Below are positions 1-12,200 of a stretch of 64,000 nt of DNA, in pieces; the stretch's first letter is position 1, and each line of letters begins with the position of its first letter. The translations under genes were made by a program, and so were the position numbers. Source of the stretch: Phoronis australis. Its lineage: Eukaryota; Animalia; Phoronida. The DNA is taken from contig NMRA01000032.1 of assembly GCA_002633005.1 (NCBI GenBank), positions 1,096,911 to 1,160,910 on the forward strand. The letters are read 5' to 3'. The notes beneath the pieces were generated by a model, which worked only from the letters and a program-made list of their open reading frames with translations, was not told where the DNA came from and did no database searches.

Positions 1-66
1 GCTTGATAACAAATATACAGTCATTTAACTGTGCCACACTACGTGTTATACTCCTGTTTCACACAG

Positions 67-207
67 GGTCTATTACAAGACATTAAGAACCACGAGGAGG
101 CGATACAAGCCCTGGAGCAGAAATTGACCCACCTGCAGGACCCCACGGCTAACATGGTCATCAATGGCATTATACAGAAATACAACTCTTTGACCACTAC
201 GTCAGAG
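67..207 (+). CDS. SYNE1: nesprin exon 1 (GLLQDIKNH...TTSE), phase 0-0
   Basis: acacag|GGT acceptor, GAG|gtgggt donor. Confidence 0.85.
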
Positions 208-3200
208 GTGGGTTGTAGCTTGTGGAGGACAACCAGCTGTATAGTTCATGTTGACTAAAGATAAATAATTGCAGATCATTTCATTCATGATTTGTTCACA
301 TTTATTTACGTTTACAAACTAAAACAGTAGTTCGTTTGGGAAGGCTTGATGCTTCCAACATTTAAACTAAAATTCTTAATGTTTCTCATCTCACCACTTT
401 TGGAAAAAATAAATAGCAAAATAGTCATTTTTCCTTTTTCAAACGCATCTATGTTTTGTTAGGAATTCCCACAATTTTTCAAAATACTGTCCGGTGGTAG
501 GTAGCTATGGCACAAACCTTGAACATTTAATAACATAGCATTATTGCTACAGATCTTTCATAAAAAAAAATCAAAAAATAAAATTTCAATTGTCGGCCAT
601 ATTGTATCCTAAATTAGTGAGATTATACATAATAAAGTTTTTAAGCTATTTTCTTGCCATGCAAATTCTGAAAAAGGCACAGAAATGGATCTTGATCTCA
701 CTTCTGACCACGACTTTTGGCTTAAACCCAAGAAGGTTGAGAAGGCACTTTATGTTATGTTATAACTTGCCTATTGTGACCTCTAATTAAAGAAATAAAG
801 ATTTACCAATCTATGGAAAAAAACGTGTGTAATTTAGTTTTGAGCCACTGCTGAAAACTGATAAGGCATCCTCATGAGACTATACGTTGAGTCTGAATGT
901 AGTTATTTTCCTTACAGGAAATGGTGGGCGAGTTAAATACGTACGTGCTAGACCATGAGAAATACCGTGACTTCTACCATCATACCGTGTCCTGGTTGGC
1001 AGCCTCCCGTGAGATGCTGCAAGATCTCAACAACATGACAGGCGACAAGCCGCAGCTGGAGTCACGATTGCAGAAGGTGCAAGACTTCCGCTCCTATCTC
1101 AAGGACGGCGACGCCAAAATGGAGCTGGTGCAAACCCTGTCGGCTGACGTGGTCGCCAATACGGCGCCACGTGGTCGTAATCAGATACGGCAAGACGTGC
1201 AGGATTTGAAGGATGACTGGGAGGGGCTGAATACAGAAGTTGACCAGGTGGAGAATGAGATGGAGAATAGAGTCTTATTGGCTGATGAGCTGCAGGGGGT
1301 GGTAAGCAGCATGAAGGAATGGCTGGACAAGATGGAGGCTCAGATCAGGTCTGGGTCAGAGGTCAAAGTTGACTATGCTAGCGCACAACAGAGAGTAGTA
1401 GACTTGCAGGTCAGTTGTTATGATTTTGACTAATGATGATTTTTGTTTTTAGAACAAATATTTTAACTAAGCATTGTTTGATAAAGAAACCAACATGATC
1501 TCCTGAGACATACTTCATCAATACATCTTGTATCTGTGTGGGGGTTGCAAACAGTGTACTACTCATCACCCCAAATCAGCAAAGTTTGCTGCATTTTTAC
1601 TATAATTTTACTAATTAAGGAGGGTTTATTTTTTTGCATTTACCGGATTTGCTGTACTTCTTAATGATTATTTTAAAACTTGTTTAAATTCTAGTTTTTG
1701 TTCGATTTGACTGTTGTTAAAAGTTTTTCGAATATTTTTTGTGCTGAAAATGAATTTACCTTCTTACCATTTTTTTTTCTAGCTGCTTAAGCAAGAAATT
1801 GGTTCCCAGAAAGCTGTTTTGGACAGTCTGAATGAGACTGCCGAGGCTGTTCTGGAGTACAACAATGATGACAAGATCTCGGAGGAGGTCTTGGAGTTGT
1901 CTACAAGATACCATGCTCTGAGTGCAACAGCCAAGGTGAGACAGTAATTGTGCTAGATGTGGGGGACTGTACTGCTGTAAGAGTACGTAACTATGTTCTT
2001 GGACTGACTAATGCTGTTGTTTGGTCTCGGAAGTGCTCTTGTTGTACTTTATATTTAGGCTTTACTTGTTATCTGTTGTGTGCATTGTTTGAAAATACGT
2101 TGTTTTTACAGTGGTTATACCAACTGTGTGTGTTCGTTGTAGTGTAATTTGCAATTAAATGCAGAAGGAAATTTCATTCCTACTTAGGCCCCACTCGATT
2201 CACTCCACTGGTTCATCTGGGTCAACCGGCTGAGATATATGATTGGTTCTCAATGAAGACTTCCGGCTTGCAAACCAATCAGATGTCTTGAACGGCGAAA
2301 CCGGCAAAGTGAATCAAGGGCTTAATACAGCCACTGGAGCAGTGTGACAAATTTTCTCTATAAGTTCTGTACACGAGTCCATCCCCAACTACACTGACTA
2401 TATTCAACTTTTAACTAAAAACGAGATGGGATGCACTCTTACCAGCTGACTTGCATATGTAATTCTTTGTGTGTTATTTCATGTTTTTGTCTTGAATTGA
2501 TTTACAGACGTCTTTCAAAGTGAGTTGTGTGTTTGTCACCTTGACGGCATGATGCCGTCTGCGGTGCATGTCACAGGGAATGCATGTTAGGGTTTGGGTT
2601 ATCATAATTATTTTGGTGTACACTGTACAAGGGGTGATGTCTTAGTCTATGTTTTCATGGGGAATGTGTGCTGTCCACAAACTGCATATTAGGAAATAAG
2701 GAGCATGTAGCCTATTGGCTTTTGGATACATAGCAGACAAATGCTTTTTCAATGCATGTTAGGATTTATTATAAATGATTGTTAAATTATGGCACCATTC
2801 CTGAAGTAAAATAAACGGTGGTGGGAATCAGTAAATCTTTCTGATCGGAAACCTTTCCCATTTGAGGCGGGATTCAAAGTTGATTTTGAGTGACGTTGTC
2901 GCCGAGTACTCAGGCAAGACGGCTTGCTATGGTGGGCAATGACACCACAAATTGTCGCTTTGTTAATTTAACCTTGCTGACTTTGTGCTTGCAGCATATT
3001 TATGTTAAATAGTTCTGGATTAGATTAATTGCTGAATAGCTATGCAGTATGCATCACACAAGATCTGTTAAAGCAGCAAATTCTCAGTGTTTCAAGGTTT
3101 TGGTCAAAAGCATGTCTTTAAAAAAGAATTACAACTGCATAATCTTGCCTTTTTTGTCTGTTTGCTTGAAAGAGATAGGAGTAACAACACTCCCTGTACA

Positions 3201-6200
3201 TATCAGTGTTAACACACCATTCTTAGCTTGACATCCTACACTAACACCCACTACTCTACATTTGAATAATCAGATTAAAAATATAAAAAGCTGTATTCTG
3301 CTGATCCCTAGACTATATATTCATCAAGAAGACAGTAATTAACTGCAGTAAATAATATGTTTCACATTTCCTACATTTCACATTTTCTGCATTTTACATT
3401 GTCCACTGTCACGTTTCACATTTTATACACATTTCACGCATGTTCCATAGTTCACATATTTCTCATTTTACATGTTTCACGTTTTGCACATGTAGCACAT
3501 TGCATGTGCATTTCACATTTTACGCACAATTCACATTTTTGATTATCGTGTCATATTTCCTCCTTCAGGATGCTACTGCTCGCCTCGACCAGTGTGCTCG
3601 TGATCAGCAGCTGTTCCGACTGGCTTGTGAGGACTGCGCTCAGTGGATAGACCTGACCATGGGCAAACTACGTCTGAACAATGATACCAGCGGTGACTGG
3701 CACGCTGTCCAGGAGAGGATCACCAACGTAAAGGTAAAACTTATTGAGCAGATTTCTGAATCTTTGTAGAATATTGATTTCTTTATTCAGTACATCAGCA
3801 TCATCTTGAAGTAAATCCTCGTTTATCTTTTATCTTTGACGTTGTATGTAGTTTTTCAAGGTTTCATCTTTGTTAAGTGCTTGTTATGTATGTTGCAGTA
3901 ATTGATTTGAGATTATGTCAATCAGCATGTTCTTTCTAAAGACAGTGGACACATTTCAGTACTTCCTATGTTTTGCCAAGTGTTTCGAGTATATGCTATC
4001 TTCAAGTCCTGTACTCTCGTGGTTTGGTCACAAAGGCAAAATTCTGACTTCCAACTGTAGTAAATCATTTAGTGGCTGTGCTGGTAGTACCAGAAGAATT
4101 CAGTCCATTGTGAAAGTGTGTAGAATTACCAAGACTTAGAATTGCCTACCAAAAACACAATAAAAATGGCTTAATTGTTCGAGGGCGTGGGTACTCAGAT
4201 ATTGGAACGGAATAGGTTTTGATGATGTATGTTTTACTGAATAGGTTCAGCCCATACTGTAAACCTTGCTTACATTATATGTATTGTGTGTGTTTCAGGA
4301 AATCTCAGCCAGTCTTGAGACGGGAGTCCAACACATGAACCGTGTAGTTGAGTTATGTGAGAAGGTGTCCGTAAACACTACCATTGAAGAGAGGCACAGC
4401 TATGAACAGCAGGTTACTGACCTGAGGTCAGACTGGGACAAGATGACCAGTGACATTGAGGCATGTCGTAAACTTCTACAAGGATGTCTTACCAAGTTAG
4501 TATTTATTTGAATATACAGTAAAACTGGCATAAGCTGAGTATGATGAAATACGACTTATTTGAAAAGCCAGATGTAGGAACTAGAACAACAAATGTATGG
4601 CAGAATTTTTTTTCAAAGTTAAACAAAAATCTGAGTTATGTATGTCTGACTTAAGCGAGTTTTACTGTACATTCATTGTAAAGTAACCAAAGCCGGTGTT
4701 TTAGTATTAAAAAGAAACTCTTCAATCAAACAGCTGTTAAATTGGAACACATTGTATTGACTAGTAATAGTCCAATAATTGGTTTTTCCATGTAATGTAG
4801 AGGAGCTTAGAACCAGTCACACCCATAAGTGTTACTCTGTCTTCTTGTGTAAGTGTGAAAAGCCTTCACATTGCTGCTGATTTTCTCATTGTTTGTGTTA
4901 TTCACAGTAATAATTTTTAAGTTATTGTAACACTTTATGGAAAATCTTGTTCAAGTAATTACTTTGAGGTTGCGAGTAGAATACGATATTTGTCTTGCGG
5001 CCTGTCACAGCTTAATCGACACCTTTTCTGTCTGCGTAGATGGAATGCTTACGAAGAATGCCACGGCCAGTTTGTCAAGTGGTTAGCTGAGATGGAAGAC
5101 ACCCTGTCTGTGTTGCCTCAGCCCAAGGCAGAACTGGTGGCTAAGAGGGCCCAGTGTGACCGCTACCGGTTACTATCCAGGGACATTGATGACCACAGGG
5201 TGAACTTGGAAACACTGAGGTCAAAGGTCAATGTCTTGGAAACGACCACTGGCGATGCTGAGCTGGCAACAGTGTTTGAGGATGTTGAGACGCGCTATGA
5301 AATGGCGAAGACTAAGTGTACTGTAAGTTTTGATTGAAGAATGTGTATTTTGGATTTGTTCCATGGTTGTTAATGTTGACGAACACTGATAAATACTAAC
5401 TGAATTTTAACATGAAATTCAGATATCACCTTCTAACTGAAGCTAAGTGTCAGTGAGTAATGTTTATTGTATTAAAAATTTGCTAATTGGATTTCAGGTC
5501 AGTCGTATTTTCTGTAATGTTTATACGTCACATGTTTGTAAAGAATCTTTGGTGAAAACTTACATGCTAGTTGAGAAAGAAACAAGACATGGCATTTCTG
5601 TCATTAAGCATGGCGTGATGAAAATATACGATTCATTTGTTATAATTTTGAGGAGACGCCCAACTTCTAGTGTGTACTGTTTTGTAATTCCAAGCTTGGG
5701 ATAGCATTGACAGAGGTCTAACGCAAGCATCTGTTGAAGCATGTCACTGACAAGAAATATTTTGTCTCTTAATTTGCTCTTGATGGTTTCAATGAGCACT
5801 TATAAAACTTGAAACTGCATTCTTTGTATTAAGTAGGAATTCACCTCATGAACAATATGATTGCCGTTGTAGAGACACCTGGAGGTGTTGGAGGGAGTGA
5901 GTCAGCGTCACCAGTCATACACAGAATGTCTACAGGATGCTGAGAAGTGGATCTTACAGACATCGTTCAAACTGATCTCACACAACACACTGAACACTAG
6001 TACTATGGAGTTGACTCAGCACCAGCTGGCCAAACATAATGTAAGTATACAGCGTGGTGGCAGTGTCAGTTTACAGCCACTATAAGCTGTGTTTTGCATT
6101 TTAAAACAAGTTTTTTATATGGGTCACTTGTTATCTGTTTGGGTTAAGATTGGATGGATTAAGCGTTTTGGAACCATTGTCGCCTTCTAACTAGAATTTT

Positions 6201-9200
6201 CTTAATAAAGGGGTCGGGTGATTCTTTCCATTTGGAAAAAGATTAATAAAATGTCTGCAAACTTTTTGACAATTGTCTTTCATTATTTTCCTCAGACTGT
6301 TGCTTTTCTTTAAGCTAAGCAGTTTTTACCGATATTTTTGACACAAGCACTAATGTGAGCGAGTAAGGATCCTGTTTTTGCGAGGTTCATTTTAGAGAGA
6401 TTGTGCAGTGGGTCACTTTGCCAAAACAGATTGAAATGTGTAGTTCAGTTTAACAATGCTTATGCAATGTTTAGTTCTCACAATGAATGTTCAAGACTTT
6501 TGACGCGCCGGTGGTATGGGACAATTACCAGAAATAAACTCTTGCTGTTTTCTGTTTGTAGAGGTTATACTGTGTAGTGAAAAACACTTTGGTGCTTTGG
6601 ATACAGAGAAATAGTCATTTGTTCTCTTTTTGTTTTAGTCTCTGATCAAAGACATTCAGAACCACAAGAAAGCCGTGGCTGAGTGTACCCGTAAAGGCAA
6701 AGAATTGATCGAGTCAAGCCGCGATGAACCAAAGCTGGTGGAACAAATCAGGAAGCAACTAGCCAATCTGGACGATAGTTTCCTGTCATTGCAGGCTACT
6801 GCAGAACAAATTAGGGTGAGTTCTGTGTTATCGGTTTTTCTGTGACATCAACAGGAAATTTTTATCAATCAATCCTTTTATAGATTTTTTTTATTTGCTT
6901 AATTATGTTTATTTGTATTGATTAGAAGTAAGTGGCATCTGGACATAGTTTTTGCTTGTTTATTTATGTCTTTTGAAATGATTCAGTTCATATTGGGAAA
7001 ATATTTGTTTCCATGTAATTCTGTCTATACTATGGTGAAAGCTTTGCTTAATATTGTTATAGTGTTATTCAGTGACTTTGTTGATTCAAGTGAAGCCTTT
7101 GATTGCATGCACATCTCAAGTGCACGTATGAAATGATAAGAAAATGCTTCCTTGAGAAATTTTGTTTGTGTTGCTTTAGTTAATATTAACTAATCGTGCT
7201 AACTTTGCTACTTAGTATTGAAACAATTATTTTTTGTTCACCTCTAGGTGTGCCTGGACTATTTTGCTTTAAAATATTACTGAGAATTGTGGGTACATGG
7301 GTTCACACTAACCTGCTTCTTCTTATTGTTCTTGGCGATTCAAATTGAAAAAATCAAAAGAGCAAAAATACAAGTGAATTATGCTTTGTGTACGGTAGAT
7401 GCTTCGGCTTGCCAGTTTACTGCCAAGAACAAATCTTGTGTCTAATTCTTTGAGTGTCGTTTGATAAGTTTACCATGTGTCGAGCAGTAGATGTGTCCGC
7501 GTGTGAGCTGTGTTCACAGCATGTTGGATATGAAGTTTTGCGTGTATTTTTTTCTGAAATTTCCTTCCCAAACCCACCTCGGTGTTCAATCCTTTATTTG
7601 TCAGGCACACCCTATTAAATCGCAGTATATTGTAAATTTGTTGCTCAGTAATTGGGTTAGTAAAAAGGGTGAGTTAATGTGATCTGTAATTACTATGTTA
7701 GTCCGTGTGAGGTTTGTGTGCAAGATAATGGATATTTCCATTTGTAGTATGTCAAAATCCAAAATGAGAAAGAAAGTGTTCCACAGCATTTTTAAGTAAA
7801 TACCCATCACAATGATCATGCGTTTTATTAATTTAGCTTGCTTGTTGCTTTGATGCAGTTACTGTTAAAAGTAATGAATTATTCTAGAGATCACATTAGA
7901 AGGTTTTCACTCTATTAACCTTTAGATAGTTTCACCTTAATAAGCATGAAATTTATGTTAAACAACATATTGTCTCCATTTTTTCACTTTAATATATTTT
8001 AACTTTGTAATTGTAACAGATGGCAACCATAGATTGAAAATTTCATTGTGGGATGTTGAAAAACGTTTATTATCGACTGACTTGATATTCACCATGGTGT
8101 TGGTGAACCCCTGAAACGCTGATCTAACTAATCCCATTAACGTTATATGAATATTGCACCGCCTTCGAAAATATCTCACTGTCAGTGATTTGTTGGTACT
8201 CCAGGGTCGACTGGAAGAAATCCTCACCAGGTGGAGTGACTATCTCCAGTTGCTATTGGATACTGATGAGTATTTGACTAATGAGCTGACCACCACTCTG
8301 TCCCTACATAATCCAGTCACACCCAACTCTTTGAGCCATGCTCAGGGCTTGGAGACAGAACTGCAGGTAAGGTGGTCTTTAGTGGCAGAAACTAGAAATT
8401 AAAGGAATCATCTTCTCAACGTGTAATATGGCAAATGCACAACACATTTCTCTAATGGTAAATCTCTGAATGTTATTGGTACTTAGATGGTCAACATAAG
8501 AACTGTAATTGGGCTGTACTATGCACAACTAGCCAATCTGTTGTGTGGCCACACAGTAATGAGCATGTTGGTGGTGTGAGATCCATGGCTTCGCTCTGTA
8601 GCTGTAATTTCATGAAGCAGAAACGAACCTTATGCGTTGCCATCGTTTTGTTACGGAATTTTTTTAAGGAACTGAAGTATTTCAGTGATGTCAAACTTTC
8701 ACATTGAATACTCTTTCATTGTCGCAACAGAATAGAAGTTAACTCAACATGTAAAGTAACATGGTTTTGTGGTTTATAAATTTTCTTCAGGCGCCTTGCT
8801 AGACTATTTGAGATAATGTTACCTGGGGCTGTACAAGTTTCTATTGTTATTTCAATGACCATATGTGTTTGGACAACAGGAGCTGTTGAAGAAACTGCGA
8901 GCTAAAAAGCAGGAGATCGCCAGCGCTGCTCGTAAATGTGAGAATATAGGAAGCATGGAAAGTCTGGACCAGCTGGACTCCATCTTGGAATCTGAAGTGA
9001 CGAAACAAGCTGACAAAGTGAATGACCAGCTTCGAGAAGACATCGAACAGGTTAGTGTTCAGAATGTCTTTGTTGGTGTCGTTTTTATGATTATCGGACT
9101 TGTTTTGACCATTCCTTAGCATTCAGTGTAATATTGAATTTTGCTACAATATTCTCATCTTATTACAGCTGCATTCTGTAGACCCGAGTAATTAGCTTAC

Positions 9201-12200
9201 ACATTCTGTTGAAAACCTTCACTTATGGAATAATAACTATGAATAGTACCCATAGTTTAACATTTTAACCTTACCAACCAATCATTATGTAGTAGACGCC
9301 ATTGTGCTAGACTAGGCTTGGGTGGTAATTTCTTAAGCATACTTGCGTAAGACTCAAAACATTTGCCTTTCATTCACATGATTTTGCATGATCTTGCTTT
9401 TCTTGCTTGAAACTTGGTCTTTGAAACGCTACCCAGATGTCATATCTCATTTAAGCTTTTCCTTGTCATTGTTTTAGTCATGTCGTCGTGGTATGTTCAT
9501 GCTGTGTGATTCACTCTTCAGGTTGAAAACCTCTTGGATGATTTGAAGCATCTGATTGGTCAGTGGGAGTCCTTTGAACTGTCCAGAAACAACTTGTCTG
9601 ATTGGCTGCACACCAAGCAATCAGAGGTGGATGAGATGACTCAGAGGCCGGCCAAACTTCATGTCACTGCTGCACAGCTTGATATCAACCAGTGTAGGGT
9701 AGGGTCATTTACTGGTGAATTATTGTTTTCTTGTTCATTTATACAGTGATGACCAAAATAAAATGCTTTTGTAATTTCCGCTCTTGAATCGTGTCATTTT
9801 AGTATCGTATTTTTAGCCTTCGTATATTTAGTGTTGCACTATGACTTGAAATGCATCTTGGAACTGAAAGATGGCTGTGATAATAATACCAATAATAGTG
9901 CACGTCAGCAAAAGGATAAAGGTGTTCTTTTCATTTCACTTTGTAACTGGCTTTCGTTCTTTTTGAAAGTTTTTGGATGAGTTCTGAACTGATATCATTT
10001 AAGCAAGATAAATGTACAAAGATCTGCATTTTATGCTTGTACCCCAGTTAAAATTATAACCAACTAATATGCTTTGAGTATATCGGCATTCTTGTTTATG
10101 TCATCATTTCCTTGAACTAATTCTAGGATCTCCTTGAAACTATCCAACAAAAGGAGTCTACATTTGACAAGCTCTCGGCCAAGTACGAGACCCTAACGCA
10201 GCACGCCAAAGTTACAGACCCGGAACTTCCAGGATTGAGGGAATTATGGGAGAGACTGGTCACCCGACTTGACACCCATGTCGCTGACCGCGAGAGCTTC
10301 TTGACCGTCTGTCGAGAATACCATGGCAACCAGTCTGCCATTGATGAAGATTTGGAACGATACTCGCAAGAGTTGCAGAAGATAGAGCGAGACGAAACAA
10401 TGGCACTGTCTCAGAAGCTGCAAGAACTCAAGGTAAGCTGGCTTAGTTAACAAAATGGAACCAAAATTGGAAGTAGAGTTTTTCTAGTGTGGATAAATGA
10501 GTTACCTCTTTACTACCAGGGTTAGTCCGATAGCGAGAGACCAGCAGGAGACTAGTGCCATCTAGTGTTAGTTAATCGCACCAGCGTAGTGAGAGAGCAG
10601 TGACTAACCGACACACAACACGTGCACTCGCTTGTCTGCGATATCAGTAACACTGCAGATAACACTCTACCACAGAGTCACCTGTTGTAGGGTTGAGACA
10701 TATTTAGGGTTGAATATACTAGAAGGGCTTATTTTTAACTGAGAAAAAAACTCAAGATTACACTCTAAAATAAAATTTTTTTAAATTCGATTTGGTACAA
10801 CAGTCGTAAACAGTCCTTTTGATTTCATCAAGTGACAAGAAGATGCCAAAAACTTTTAAAGTCGCTACAAACCATAAAACATGGAATTTTGTCACTGTCA
10901 TCTAATCCTTTGTTTGAATTAACTTATCACCTGAAATTTCCTCGACAGTGATACTGTTTTGTCGACTGAAACTAACCTGCTGTGACAAGCAACAATCTGT
11001 CAGTTCTTTGTAAGCCTAGGCATTATTTCTGATGTGTGTAAGAAACAAGGTGAGAACAATTTCTAAAAGTAAGTGACCTAAATCAAACAATGATTTTGGA
11101 CAGAAGACGCGGTTTATTGCCCCCTTCAAATATTTAAATATGGTGCTTAAGTAGGCACCTTGATACTTGATTATGTCTCTCTTCCTCTTGAATTCAAATC
11201 ATGAAAAGCCCATTCTAAGTTAGTTTTTAATCAGTATTCCGTGGCATTAATGTCATGGAGGGTTTTTAAAGAAGATGGAATATTTCCCAACCCTAGCAGG
11301 TGCATTCTGGGTGTTTTTAGATGTGTCGTAACAATCACTGTGTGTGGTACATGTTGCCGTGTGGTTTAGTCACATTGCCAATAGCGCTTTCATGGCCCTG
11401 GTCATTTCTCTTTTATTTCTGGTCCGAAACATTTTCTCGTTTGAATTTTGTTTGTGTTCACTTGTCTATTAGTACTTGCACATTTTAGATTTTAGGTATT
11501 ACAAATCTTATTGCATTCAGTTAATATTGTTGATTGCTGATTTTTTTACTTCCGTGCATTTTGCATGCATAAATTCATAGCTCTGACGAAAGACTAACAA
11601 AGTGGTTTAAAATTTGAGAGGTTCAAGGAATTTCTTACCAGCATTCTGGTCATCGATGATCAGTTCTTTTATGAATTCGTAAATCTGAGATATGAATGAC
11701 AGAACAAATGCATGAATAAAGTGACTATAATAAGCTCTTTTTGGATTTAATTAAGAGGTGTAAATAGTCGTGGATTTCAAGAATTTAGTCGTATTGCTTA
11801 CTGGGGTGAATTTTGGTGTGTTGCTTGCATGCTAAGAGATTTTCTAAAGAGTCTGAATAAAGAAAATATTCACAAACTACAGAAATTTCATTTTATTGTA
11901 ACTTGGGATGGAAAAACTCCAGTGCGACTCGCGATTTCCAGCTTCAAACTTTTCTCCACAGTTAAGTACATTTTTTTGGTGCTGAGTGACTAAGTGTGAT
12001 AATGTGGCTATTGTGCTGGGACATTATGTCCACCTGATAGTAATTAAGGTGTAAACATATGTATGGTAATTAAGCCGTTTCTTTTTAAAGAGAAGTTTGT
12101 GCTTAGATTTGTGCTCCATTAGTGGAACAGAAAAATGAGATTTTGTACCCAATACGGATGAATGTTAAAGGCATTGGCTATATGATGTGTGTTTAGCGTA

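Noticed and set aside
5481-5503. ctaat...tttcag|gtcagt, resembling a recursive (zero-length exon) splice site
   Set aside because: The intron is only 550 nt and the motif can arise by chance.
8791-8802. Strong-looking upstream acceptor ttttcttcag|GCG CCT TGC TAG giving an immediate stop
   Set aside because: No supporting motifs or poly(A) signal; similar cryptic AGs are common (also at 41945 and 45936).
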